From a virus (lineage: Duplodnaviria > Caudoviricetes): DNA of 27,807 nt. This document shows, piece after piece, positions 17,428 to 25,752 of this stretch (positions within the stretch are counted from its first letter, which is position 1; every line of letters starts with the position of its first letter). The DNA is taken from IMG/VR virus record IMGVR_UViG_3300036779_000039, positions 1 to 27,807 of that record; one strand, written 5' to 3'. A program made the position numbers and the translations under genes. The notes beneath the pieces were generated by a model. It was given only the letters and a program-made list of their open reading frames with translations. It was not told where the DNA came from and ran no database searches.

Positions 17428-19545
17428 CTAAAAAGTCCCCATATCTATGGTCGAGTTGGTGAGCGTATCGACGTAACCCTTGGTCGCTGCCCCTAAGTTC
17501 GCCGTAGGGGGCGCACTCAGGATCAACAGCCCGGTCATCGTGCCACCGGCAAGAGGCACCATCGTATTGGCGACCCCCTCTGCCGACGCCACGCCCGCGT
17601 CCACGTATTGTTTGGTCGCCGCCCCAAGATTATTCGTTGGGTCAGCGCTAAGAGTTAAAGCTCCGACCAGCGTGCCGCCCAACAGAGGAAGATACGCCGC
17701 TAGCGAAGCCGTCACTTGCGCCGCCGTCTGGTAGCCCGATGGGTTACTCGCCGCATAGCGCGAGGTGTCGCTTGGGTGAACGTGATCCTGCAACGAGAAC
17801 AAGCTGGAAGTTCCAATCGCCGCATTACCGTTCATCAGCGGCAACGCCGTGCCAGCCTTGGTATCGACATAGCTCTTGGTCGCCGCGCCAAGGTTGGTAG
17901 TAGGGACAGCATTGAGGATCAATGCCCCGGTCAGCGTACCGCCCGATAAACGTAAATAGGGCGCAGCCGCCACCGCCGTCGAGATCGACGTATCGACGTA
18001 GTTCTTGGTCGCAGCTTGAGGGGCCGCAGTCGGATCACTCTGGAGAGTGAGCGGCCCAGTCAGCACTCCGCCCGTGATCGCCAGCGCCTGCACCCACGCC
18101 CCATTGGAGCGCCCATAGACGTTGGCGTTGAGCGGCGCATCGCCAATGCCGCCCGTCGAATTGATATCGACATAGTGCTTGGTCGCCGCCTCAAACGGGT
18201 TCACCGGGTCAGCCCCCAGTGTGGTCACGCCATCGACCGTAAGATTGCCGGTGATGGTGCCACCCAAGATCGACAGGAACGGCCCGCCCGCCGTCGCCGT
18301 CGCCACCGTGTTATCGACGTATTGCTTGTCCGCCGCTTGCATCGGCGAGGTCGGATCGGCGCTCAAAATCAGCGCCCCGGTCATCGTTGAGCCCGTGATG
18401 TGCACGAATATCGTCGGGTCGATCTTTACATCGTTAATCTGACCATCGACATATTGCTTGGTCGCCGCTTGAAGTGGTTGAATAGGATCGTACGGCAACG
18501 CCACCTGCGCGCCAAACGTCGTCACCCCATCGATCCAAGCACTGCCGTTAATCGATAACGATCCGATGGCTGACAGATCGCCTTGGGTCACCAGCGAATT
18601 GACAAAACTACCGCCGCTCGCCCACGCACCGCCAGAACGCACGTAGGCGTTGCTGTTGTTCGGCGCATCGCTGGATATCGGGAAAGTTGGAACTTGCGTC
18701 CATCCGGCGTTGTAGCGACCGTATAGCTTATTGTCTGATGGCGCATCATTGCCAATCGCGGCAGGGGGAAGGTACTTCCAGCCGCCATTGTTGCGCACAT
18801 AGTTCGTGCTATCCATCGGCGCGTCGGTCTGGATCGCGTCAGCCATCCAAGTGTTATTGTTGCGCGAATAACTCTGAGAGTTGGATGGCGCGTCAACCTG
18901 AAAGACATTCGCTACCCAGTGACCGTTGTAGCGAGAGTACAAAATACTATCGATGGGCGCTTCGGTGACAAGATCGCTTGTCGTTAAGATGCTCCAAAAG
19001 AACGTCGTCCCGTCCGTCGTCCACTCGGACAGCGTGTCGGTGGTCGGATCGTACCACTGATCCAGCACCCCCGGATTGGCGGGCGCTGCCGCGCCCCAGA
19101 AATAGCGCACCCCAGCGTTGATATACCCCTGCGTGCCGAGCGGAAGCTGATTGTAGATCGCCGGAACTGGATTGACCTGCACACAGTCGCCGCTTGACGA
19201 GGGCACAGCGATGGTGAGCGTGTCGTTACGCGTACCCGTCTGGTAGGTCGCCGTCACCGTGAGGGTGTATTCCTGCCCCGGTATACCCCCTGACACCAAG
19301 AACGTGAGGATCTCACCGAGCGGGCCAATCTGTGGGTAGGAAACAACCAGCGCCGGATTGCTCGATACGTCAACCGCGAAGCTGTAACTCGTCAGAGTGA
19401 TGGCCGGGGTGACGTTGCTGTAGTCCAGCACAATCAGCGTTTGATCGGAAAGCTCTTTGACCAAGGTGCCAAAGTCGTTTAGATCATCAGCATAGAAATA
19501 GGCCGAGTTGGTGTTGATGACGCCGGAAGGAAGCGAGAAGCCCAT
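17428..19545 (-). CDS. Long tail fibre with adaptor-like N-terminus, foldon-like repeats and AATKxYVD repeats (start ATG 19545)
   Basis: Six (D/E)APxxxxxYxRxxxxW motifs and seven AA(T/D)KxYVD motifs, most preceded by GGTxTGxLxL. Confidence 0.75.
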   Translation of the reverse strand: MGFSLPSGVINTNSAYFYADDLNDFGTLVKELSDQTLIVLDYSNVTPAITLTSYSFAVDVSSNPALVVSYPQIGPLGEILTFLVSGGIPGQEYTLTVTATYQTGTRNDTLTIAVPSSSGDCVQVNPVPAIYNQLPLGTQGYINAGVRYFWGAAAPANPGVLDQWYDPTTDTLSEWTTDGTTFFWSILTTSDLVTEAPIDSILYSRYNGHWVANVFQVDAPSNSQSYSRNNNTWMADAIQTDAPMDSTNYVRNNGGWKYLPPAAIGNDAPSDNKLYGRYNAGWTQVPTFPISSDAPNNSNAYVRSGGAWASGGSFVNSLVTQGDLSAIGSLSINGSAWIDGVTTFGAQVALPYDPIQPLQAATKQYVDGQINDVKIDPTIFVHITGSTMTGALILSADPTSPMQAADKQYVDNTVATATAGGPFLSILGGTITGNLTVDGVTTLGADPVNPFEAATKHYVDINSTGGIGDAPLNANVYGRSNGAWVQALAITGGVLTGPLTLQSDPTAAPQAATKNYVDTSISTAVAAAPYLRLSGGTLTGALILNAVPTTNLGAATKSYVDTKAGTALPLMNGNAAIGTSSLFSLQDHVHPSDTSRYAASNPSGYQTAAQVTASLAAYLPLLGGTLVGALTLSADPTNNLGAATKQYVDAGVASAEGVANTMVPLAGGTMTGLLILSAPPTANLGAATKGYVDTLTNSTIDMGTF

Positions 19546-19546
19546 C

Positions 19547-20404
19547 TTACAACCCTCCACTTGACGCAGGCACATAGGGGACGAGCCACAACATGAAGAT
19601 CGCGGCGTCGGGAGTGGGCGCTTGGTTAAATTCGATGGTGTTCCCTGACGCTAGATATTCCGTCGAAGGTTGCTGCCATACACCATCCACCGACACAAAC
19701 AGATAGGCATCACCGGGAATATTCACCGTTGTCGTTCCATCCGCCGCCGTCAAGGTAAACTGCGTCGATACGCCGTCAGGAGCGATTGGGTTCAACGGGA
19801 TAATAGCGCCAACGCTGCCACCCCCGCCACCGCCTGCGCCCGCCGCTATCCACGAAGTGGCGAAACCATTGGTAATATAATCCGACACCACGCCATCGGT
19901 GACGTTATACCAGCGGTCCAGCACGTTCGGCGCGACCGGAGGGGTGGCGCTAACAAAGAACCGAGGGCCGGTATTGACGTAGATCGAGCCGTCGCTACTC
20001 ACCACATCCGAGTAGGCTGGATACGAAGAAGTCACAGCGCAACCGCAACCATCGCCAAGCACGTTGACGTTCAATACATCAGAGCGAATATCGCCGTCGC
20101 TCATGGTCACGAGGATCGTTATCTCGTATTGTCCCCCGGCGATCCCACCGCTCAGGAAAAAACTTAATCCTGTTTCGGCGGTGTTGATGACGGGGGCATC
20201 GATCCATAGTAGCGGCTCGCCGCCCGGCTTGACCCGAAACGAAAACGCCGTCAATGGAGACATCGTAATGAGTTGGCTATAGTCCACCGTGACGAGGGTG
20301 CGCGCGTCGAGCGGCTGATCGACAGCGCCAAGACGTAGGGTATTATCCGCAACAAACGTGTTCGGATCGCTCTGCGCGCCGGGGATCTTGTAGGCGTAGT
20401 TCAT
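19547..20404 (-). CDS. Fibre-tail adaptor-like structural protein (start ATG 20404)
   Basis: TGATG overlap with the upstream gene. The N-terminal ~165 aa are paralogous to the next gene (DYS...SGGIxGxxY...D.L). C-terminal DGVSTQFTL...FVSVDGVWQQP..EY...IEFNQAP beta-repeat. Confidence 0.65.
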   Translation of the reverse strand: MNYAYKIPGAQSDPNTFVADNTLRLGAVDQPLDARTLVTVDYSQLITMSPLTAFSFRVKPGGEPLLWIDAPVINTAETGLSFFLSGGIAGGQYEITILVTMSDGDIRSDVLNVNVLGDGCGCAVTSSYPAYSDVVSSDGSIYVNTGPRFFVSATPPVAPNVLDRWYNVTDGVVSDYITNGFATSWIAAGAGGGGGGSVGAIIPLNPIAPDGVSTQFTLTAADGTTTVNIPGDAYLFVSVDGVWQQPSTEYLASGNTIEFNQAPTPDAAIFMLWLVPYVPASSGGL

Positions 20405-21156
20405 CACGAGTCCCCCGCGTAAGAACCGAAATACCGATACCGGCTGTTCCAACCCTGTGGGAAAGCCCAGCGCTGCCCGCCAAAAACGAACATGTTGCGC
20501 ACCTCGGTGCGCGCCAGCCCTACCGCTTCGTTGAACTTGCGCCCATGAAACTGCATGCCGGGCTGGCTGCTGTAGGGCTTGCCCGGCTGCAACATCAATC
20601 GCGAAAGCACCCCGCTGGCTAACCCAGACAGATACTTCTCCATGATCCAGTCGGGTGGTTCGACAAACCCGTCAGCGTCAGTCGGATCGCAGGGGGTCAG
20701 CGCCAGCGTGGCGATCCACGTCTCGTTGGCAGTCGGGTTCTGCCAAATCCTCAAAATAGGACACTTCGACCCGGCATTGAGCAACGCCCCATCCCGAGTG
20801 GTGCGAAACAGCGGGTTCTGCGCTTCGGTGAAGGTTCCCTCGCCCTGCGTCACGGAAAGATACTGCGGAGGGCACATCGGCGCATAGGCCGGAGGCCATG
20901 GTCCCCCCGGAGGCGGCGGCGAGCGCGGACGTTGCACCGCCATCAGCCGGTTGACGACGACGTTCTGCCCGGTGGTAAGCTGGTAGTCGTTGGTTTCCGG
21001 AACAACAAAAATGGGAAGCTCCAACAGCCAAATGTTGGTGCGCTGAAAAAATTCTTTGAGAACTTCATACATCTCCATGCGGATCACGCCGTCAAGCGCG
21101 CCCGGCGCACCCACGCGAACCCTATCGTTAAGACGCGCCATATTGGTTGTGGTCAT
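20404..21156 (-). CDS. Head-tail adaptor / tail tubular protein
   Basis: EFFQRTNIW, ALTP, PDWIMEKY..LASGVLSRLMLQPGKPYS resemble podoviral adaptor proteins; position after the capsid gene. Confidence 0.65.
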   Translation of the reverse strand: MTTTNMARLNDRVRVGAPGALDGVIRMEMYEVLKEFFQRTNIWLLELPIFVVPETNDYQLTTGQNVVVNRLMAVQRPRSPPPPGGPWPPAYAPMCPPQYLSVTQGEGTFTEAQNPLFRTTRDGALLNAGSKCPILRIWQNPTANETWIATLALTPCDPTDADGFVEPPDWIMEKYLSGLASGVLSRLMLQPGKPYSSQPGMQFHGRKFNEAVGLARTEVRNMFVFGGQRWAFPQGWNSRYRYFGSYAGDS

Positions 21157-21157
21157 G

Positions 21158-21589
21158 TCATGCCGCGTTGGTGGTTAGAACTTGAGCTTGGAACTTCGAC
21201 ACGAACGCCTGCGCCCGTTGATCCTGCGTATCGGTCACGTCAAGGAACTGGGTCCACCCCGAAATGAACCACTCTACCGGAGTTATATAAGCGCTGGGAA
21301 CCGGCACCAAGGTGCCCTTGCCCTCTAGGTAGTTTCCGTTGCCATCGGTGGCGATATCATCGATGGTGTAGATACCCGGTAGACCGTCGCCCGTGTCGCC
21401 CTTGCGCAACGGGCTGGTGTACTTCAAATTGAGAAACATGTCGGGCCGGATGCGCCCCAACTCGCTTAACGCCGTGTTGAGCGCTCGTACGACCGTGCTA
21501 TCTGCGTAGCGATAGGGCGCGATCTCGTCCTGTAGCTCAAGCCGCGCCACCATCACGAAGTGCGTCACGTCGGTGTAATACTGAGCCAT
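21158..21589 (-). CDS. Head completion/adaptor protein (DUF6682-like)
   Basis: ARLELQD..PYRYADSTVVRALNTAL..RIRPDMF motif; immediately after the capsid gene. Confidence 0.6.
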   Translation of the reverse strand: MAQYYTDVTHFVMVARLELQDEIAPYRYADSTVVRALNTALSELGRIRPDMFLNLKYTSPLRKGDTGDGLPGIYTIDDIATDGNGNYLEGKGTLVPVPSAYITPVEWFISGWTQFLDVTDTQDQRAQAFVSKFQAQVLTTNAA

Positions 21590-21592
21590 AGT

Positions 21593-21607
21593 TAACTCTA
21601 AGAGTGA
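21593..21607. promoter_or_regulatory. Intergenic copy of the palindrome (opposite orientation)
   Basis: TAACTCTAAGAGTGA between the post-capsid hairpin and ATG 21589. Confidence 0.6.
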
Positions 21608-21609
21608 GC

Positions 21610-21641
21610 GGCCCCGGCGCTCTCGCGAGAGCGCCGGGGCC
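21610..21641. terminator. Perfect 32-bp GC-rich palindrome after the major capsid gene (terminator or mRNA-stabilising hairpin, no U-tract)
   Basis: GGCCCCGGCGCTCTCGCGAGAGCGCCGGGGCC equals its own reverse complement; ~42 nt after the capsid stop. Confidence 0.6.
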
Positions 21642-21683
21642 TAGCAGTCGTAGAGACGAGCATGCAACGACGGGAGTCGGATG

Positions 21684-22679
21684 CTACGTCCCGGCGACCT
21701 GCGTCACGATGGCCTGAGCAATGGCTTTGTTGTCGAGCACTTGTCGGCCATAGACCTGTAGCCCACGCAAGATTTGACCGAACGTGCGCTCCGAACGGAT
21801 CGTCTCGACGTTGGTCAACTGCGAAGCGAACGTCAAGCCATGCGCGTGGCCGCCATAGATGACCCACTCGCCCGCCGCCAAACCGGCAGGGGTGCCGAAC
21901 GGCAACAGGTTGGAGGCATAGATGGTGAACCTGTCGATCTGACCGAAGCGCCCATTCCTGAGAATGCTCACCTGATCGCCCGACACGAACACTTCGCGCA
22001 GTTCCGAACGCTTCAGTTGGAAGGTCGCCCAAGTGGGCATCACCACCCAGCGCCCCGTCTCGGGGATGTTTTGTTCGTCCAATGCTTGACCGATCCGCAG
22101 TAGAACATCGATGATCTCGACCTGCCCGGTGCTTGGATTGCGTCCCACGCAGGCAACCGGCGAGCCGGTCACGCCGAGGTTGATGTTGCCGGAGATAACC
22201 CCGGCAGCGGTGCCCATGTTGTAGGGGTTGGCTTGGTTGATCAGGAACAGCAGCACGTCGCTGTCAACCGTCATCTTCATCTGCTCGGACGCGTCGTCCG
22301 CCCAAATGGAAAGATTGTTGATGTCGGATTGCTTCTCGATCACGTCGTCCAAGATCGCGGCGAAATACTTGCCTTGATCGATGGTCAGTTCGACGTTCGA
22401 CCCGGCTGGCCTTTGCAGCGCAAGATCCCCGTTGACCATATAGTTGTTGATGATCAGCGTCGGCTTGGTGCGGATCTTAATCCGGTCGCCGTAGCTTTTG
22501 ATCTCGCCCTCGTAGTCGGTGTTGCTGATCGCCGCCAACACCGTGGCGGCGTAGAACTTTTCGATCAGCTTACCCGACCAGATCTCGGGGATAAAACCAG
22601 CGGCGACGTAATCAGTGGACGTTGAACCGGGCGGGTATATGGGCGGCGTTGTGCCGGAACCGGCAAGGGGTAGAGCCAT
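21684..22679 (-). CDS. Major capsid protein (HK97 fold)
   Basis: FIPEIWSGKLIEKFY...ISNTDYEGEIKSYGDRIKIRT, LTIDQGKYF, LDEQNIPETGRWVV, RGLQVYGRQV; GGAG SD; follows the scaffold gene. Confidence 0.9.
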   Translation of the reverse strand: MALPLAGSGTTPPIYPPGSTSTDYVAAGFIPEIWSGKLIEKFYAATVLAAISNTDYEGEIKSYGDRIKIRTKPTLIINNYMVNGDLALQRPAGSNVELTIDQGKYFAAILDDVIEKQSDINNLSIWADDASEQMKMTVDSDVLLFLINQANPYNMGTAAGVISGNINLGVTGSPVACVGRNPSTGQVEIIDVLLRIGQALDEQNIPETGRWVVMPTWATFQLKRSELREVFVSGDQVSILRNGRFGQIDRFTIYASNLLPFGTPAGLAAGEWVIYGGHAHGLTFASQLTNVETIRSERTFGQILRGLQVYGRQVLDNKAIAQAIVTQVAGT

Positions 22680-22720
22680 GTGTCATCTCCGTTAAGCCCA
22701 TGGGGGCAAGAAGGTTGAAC

Positions 22721-23914
22721 CTAACGACGGATGATGCGCCCTTCGTTCCCCGCTTGGATCAGCGCCTGCTCAAGAGCAGCCGCCTCTGCCTCACGTCCGG
22801 TGTATTTGCCTGACGTTTTGTCGCGGTAGAACTGGGTGATATCCGACGCTTGATAGAACGGCTTCTCGGGGGGGACAGTCGTTTGCCCAGTCTTGGCTCT
22901 GCCCGGCGCTGCAAATTGCATGAGGTCAACCTGCGGGGTGGGGGCAGGTAACAACCTCTGTGAGGTGTCCGCTCCATTGCCCGGTTGCTGACCCCCGCCG
23001 TTCGCAGGGCTACGCGCAGCCACATCAGATAGGAAGCTCTTAAAGATATCCACAACCTGACCTGTCGTATTCGAGTTGTGGGCAGCGTTCAGAAATTCTC
23101 GTCTTGGGTGGCGTGAGATCGGATCGATCTGATCCAACCATTGGTGAAACAACGGGTGATTATTGACTGCATCCCAGTTGGGCACCTCCTTTTCCAAATC
23201 CTTGTACATCTGCACTCGCGCATCAAATACGACGGTGTTCTGCACCCCGCCGATTTGACGTTTGACCTGTTGAAGCTCGCCATAGAGTTGAGTCAGTATC
23301 GGCTCGTAGACTTCCGCCGCGCGCCGCCCCATCACGTCGATGGTTTCCTCGCCGTACTCCTGAACCTCTTTCGGCGTCACCCTTCGACCCGGAGGAGGAG
23401 GAGCGACGTTGAAGCGCACCCCCGATCCCTCACTCTGAGAGTTAGGCGTCGGCTGGACCTGCGCCATCAGGCGCTGCATGTCTACAATCTGCTGCTGTAA
23501 ACGACGTTTCTCTTCGGTGTCGCGATCATAACGGCCCTTGAGAGAGCGAAACTGATGCTCCCAATCTTCCTGTGTCTGGGGAGTTGGAGGCGTCGGCGCA
23601 GGCGGCGGTTGAGATTGAGTTTGCGACAGACGTGGGTCGCCCGGCTCGGGCGGACGCGGATTGTTCGGATCGAAGTTCGCTGTGACCACGCCATTCGGCG
23701 ATGCTGGCTGGCCCGGCATGCGCACGCCTGATCCAATAGGCTCGTTCGCGCCGCTGGCGTCGTTCGCCGTCTTGGCGGCTTTGGCTTGAGCCGATAATGC
23801 TTCGGCGCGATCCGCTGCGGCCTTGACCGCAGGCGGAACTTTCACGTTCGGATCGGGCGCTCCCCGCTTGGTCGCGCCGCCGACTGCCTCATGCCCTTGA
23901 ACCGCTTCCGCCAT
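22721..23914 (-). CDS. Capsid scaffolding protein
   Basis: Directly precedes the capsid gene. Disordered N-terminus, WEHQFRSLKGRYD coiled coil, FHQWLDQIDP, and C-terminal EGRI. Confidence 0.75.
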   Translation of the reverse strand: MAEAVQGHEAVGGATKRGAPDPNVKVPPAVKAAADRAEALSAQAKAAKTANDASGANEPIGSGVRMPGQPASPNGVVTANFDPNNPRPPEPGDPRLSQTQSQPPPAPTPPTPQTQEDWEHQFRSLKGRYDRDTEEKRRLQQQIVDMQRLMAQVQPTPNSQSEGSGVRFNVAPPPPGRRVTPKEVQEYGEETIDVMGRRAAEVYEPILTQLYGELQQVKRQIGGVQNTVVFDARVQMYKDLEKEVPNWDAVNNHPLFHQWLDQIDPISRHPRREFLNAAHNSNTTGQVVDIFKSFLSDVAARSPANGGGQQPGNGADTSQRLLPAPTPQVDLMQFAAPGRAKTGQTTVPPEKPFYQASDITQFYRDKTSGKYTGREAEAAALEQALIQAGNEGRIIRR

Positions 23915-23918
23915 CTTC

Positions 23919-24155
23919 TTACTTCTTCAAACTCTCTGGTATGCTTTCGATCCCAACGATATCGTTACGCATGTCCCGCATGCGCCGACCGTAGCCGATA
24001 CCAAATTGCGCGTCATTTGACGCCACCGATAGAGTTCGTTCGATTTCCTCTGTCGCATAGACCTTGAACGCTTCCACGAACGTCGCCCATTCTGCCACAC
24101 TCGTTCGGCTCAATTTAAACATCGCCCGCAAATACTCATCGCGCGCCCTCGCCAT
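23919..24155 (-). CDS. Hypothetical helical protein, 78 aa (start ATG 24155, MARARDEY...)
   Basis: TGATG overlap with the upstream stop; position typical of small pre-scaffold genes. Confidence 0.65.
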   Translation of the reverse strand: MARARDEYLRAMFKLSRTSVAEWATFVEAFKVYATEEIERTLSVASNDAQFGIGYGRRMRDMRNDIVGIESIPESLKK

Positions 24156-24439
24156 CAGAGCGGCCCGACGATAATCTCTCCTTCGATGATGCCGGGAGCC
24201 AGTCGCGCCCACACATGCAAGGTCGTATTGAGGAATATCGGCGCTTCCGTTGGGATCGGCAGGCCACCCTCCGACGAATAGTCGGGAGCCACGTCGCCGG
24301 TCCCAAACACACAGTCGCCAAGGACCGCCGTGATCACCATCGGCCCCGGCCCAAGGTCCACCCAATAAGCCCGATCCGGGTCCATCGGGATCATCCGCGT
24401 CTTACGGGCGGTGTCAGCGCCCCCTTGCTCGTCCGCCAT
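24155..24439 (-). CDS. Hypothetical protein (start ATG 24439, MADEQGG...)
   Basis: Starts 1 nt after the upstream stop and overlaps the next start. Confidence 0.6.
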   Translation of the reverse strand: MADEQGGADTARKTRMIPMDPDRAYWVDLGPGPMVITAVLGDCVFGTGDVAPDYSSEGGLPIPTEAPIFLNTTLHVWARLAPGIIEGEIIVGPL

Positions 24440-24440
24440 G

Positions 24441-24719
24441 TCAGAACACTCGCTTCGGCTTGCTGGTGTTGAGCAGGGGAGGCCCATGCTCGATGATCTC
24501 GTCCAGCAAACTGGGCTTCTCGTGCTTCTCGCCGGGCTCCTGCTTGCAGTAGTTATTGGTCATGATCCGCTCGGGACCAAGACCAACCACCTCCTTGCCG
24601 ACAATGCTCCACAAGCCAGCCAGTTGCTCGCGCTTGCCGCCCGCCCGGTAGTCGTGCACGCCCACGTCGGTATCGCCGCACTCCTTGGCGTCCTTGCTCT
24701 GCTCGCTGCGCTTGTCCAT
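24441..24719 (-). CDS. Hypothetical protein, 92 aa
   Basis: Fits the operon; purine-rich SD-like region upstream overlaps a motif copy. Confidence 0.6.
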   Translation of the reverse strand: MDKRSEQSKDAKECGDTDVGVHDYRAGGKREQLAGLWSIVGKEVVGLGPERIMTNNYCKQEPGEKHEKPSLLDEIIEHGPPLLNTSKPKRVF

Positions 24720-24726
24720 CTCTCGC

Positions 24727-24741
24727 TCACTCTCAGAGTTA
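24727..24741. promoter_or_regulatory. Intergenic copy of the palindrome
   Basis: TCACTCTCAGAGTTA between the genes at 24746 and 24719. Confidence 0.6.
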
Positions 24742-24745
24742 ATTT

Positions 24746-24988
24746 TTACGGCACCAGCGCCACCAGCACGTTCAACGCTGAAGTGAACCCGGTATAGTCG
24801 AGACTGGGCAGCCGGGGAAGCGCCTCGTTGTTACGAAGATTATTGATCCACTTCAAGCAGTGCTGATCGCCATTGCTGGCGGTCTGCGACGGCAGAGCGG
24901 CGTTGGGAACCGCCAACGCCTTACCCACCGCGATAAGCGCGGAGATCCGCGAATTATCATCAATGTCGGGAAACGGAGCCATCGGCAT
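24746..24988 (-). CDS. Hypothetical protein, 80 aa
   Basis: AGAGGT SD upstream of ATG; same strand as the operon. Confidence 0.6.
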   Translation of the reverse strand: MPMAPFPDIDDNSRISALIAVGKALAVPNAALPSQTASNGDQHCLKWINNLRNNEALPRLPSLDYTGFTSALNVLVALVP

Positions 24989-25062
24989 GGGGGCACCTCT
25001 AGGAACAGTACGGGAACAGATGACACACAGCTAGTACAAATCAGGAACTCAGAGGCGGATCA

Positions 25063-25086
25063 TAGATTGACTGTAAAGTCAACCTA
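25063..25086. promoter_or_regulatory. Imperfect inverted repeat in the largest AT-rich intergenic gap (operator/promoter candidate)
   Basis: TAGATTGACT-GTAA-AGTCAACCTA; presents TTGACT on both strands. Confidence 0.4.
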
Positions 25087-25110
25087 ATAATTTCGTGCCT
25101 CTAACGATTT

Positions 25111-25389
25111 TCAACCGCTTTGAGTTTCTTTCCCACTGACGCCCGGCGCTTTCTTGCCAGCACTGCCCTTGCCGAACATCTTACCCGTTCCGCCATCGGG
25201 GAACCTGAAACCCTTGCCGTAGCCCTCGGCGTCGTTGGTGTCGGGCGATTTGCCGTCCGTCCCGCTATTCTGTTGCTTGCCCGAGACGCCTGACTCCGCC
25301 GCGTGCGCGGTGCCCTTGCCAAACATTTTGGTTTTTCCGCCACCAGCGAAAAAATCGGGACGCGACGACCGGCTACTTTCTCTTGCCAT
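25111..25389 (-). CDS. Small Gly/Lys-rich protein made of two internal repeats
   Basis: AGGAG SD. F(A/P)xGGxxKMFGKGxA....GVSGK occurs twice. Confidence 0.7.
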   Translation of the reverse strand: MARESSRSSRPDFFAGGGKTKMFGKGTAHAAESGVSGKQQNSGTDGKSPDTNDAEGYGKGFRFPDGGTGKMFGKGSAGKKAPGVSGKETQSG

Positions 25390-25522
25390 TTTTAGCTCCT
25401 ATGTTTTTAGGTTCTTTCTTGATCTCTGCCTTCGGCACTCGCTTGGGTAAAGACGGCACGCCGCCGTGCGTATGCGGCTTAGAACCGAAGTTCTGCGTCG
25501 TTACGCCCGGCTTTGCTTTCAT
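25373..25522 (-). CDS. Uncalled 49-aa Lys-rich protein
   Basis: ATGA overlap with the upstream stop. Manual translation MKAKPGVTTQNFGSKPHTHGGVPSLPKRVPKAEIKKEPKNIGAKNGKRK* fills the gap. Confidence 0.55.
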   Translation of the reverse strand: MKAKPGVTTQNFGSKPHTHGGVPSLPKRVPKAEIKKEPKNIGAKNGKRK

Positions 25523-25752
25523 GCCGTGATCCCCTTCACCGCCCACATGACCGCCTCTTCGATCTTCGTTATGGCTAAGGATCGTTCACGACCGGGCGGG
25601 ACGCAATCCATAACGACGTTAAGACCATTGGCGCCCCAATCCTTAACGCGAGTCATCGCCTCCTTCTCAACGTCGGTCAGAACCCGGTATTGGTGTCGCA
25701 CGGTGTTGTTGGCAGTGCGCTCGTCGCTCGCGCTATCGACGTACGGCGTCAC
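25519..25752 (-). CDS. Acb2/Tad1-like helical-hairpin protein (putative anti-CBASS/anti-Thoeris nucleotide sponge)
   Basis: YRVLTDVEKEAMTRVKDWG resembles Acb2 YRxLSxEEIxxMNRVKELG. RERSLAITKIEEAVMWAVKGIT resembles the second helix of the Acb2/Tad1 hairpin. GTGA overlap with the upstream gene. Confidence 0.7.
   Translation of the reverse strand: MTPYVDSASDERTANNTVRHQYRVLTDVEKEAMTRVKDWGANGLNVVMDCVPPGRERSLAITKIEEAVMWAVKGITA

Noticed and set aside
21598-22032. Frameshift extension of the major capsid protein
   Set aside because: No slippery sequence is seen near the capsid 3' end, and the alternate frame reads through the hairpin with no protein-like features.
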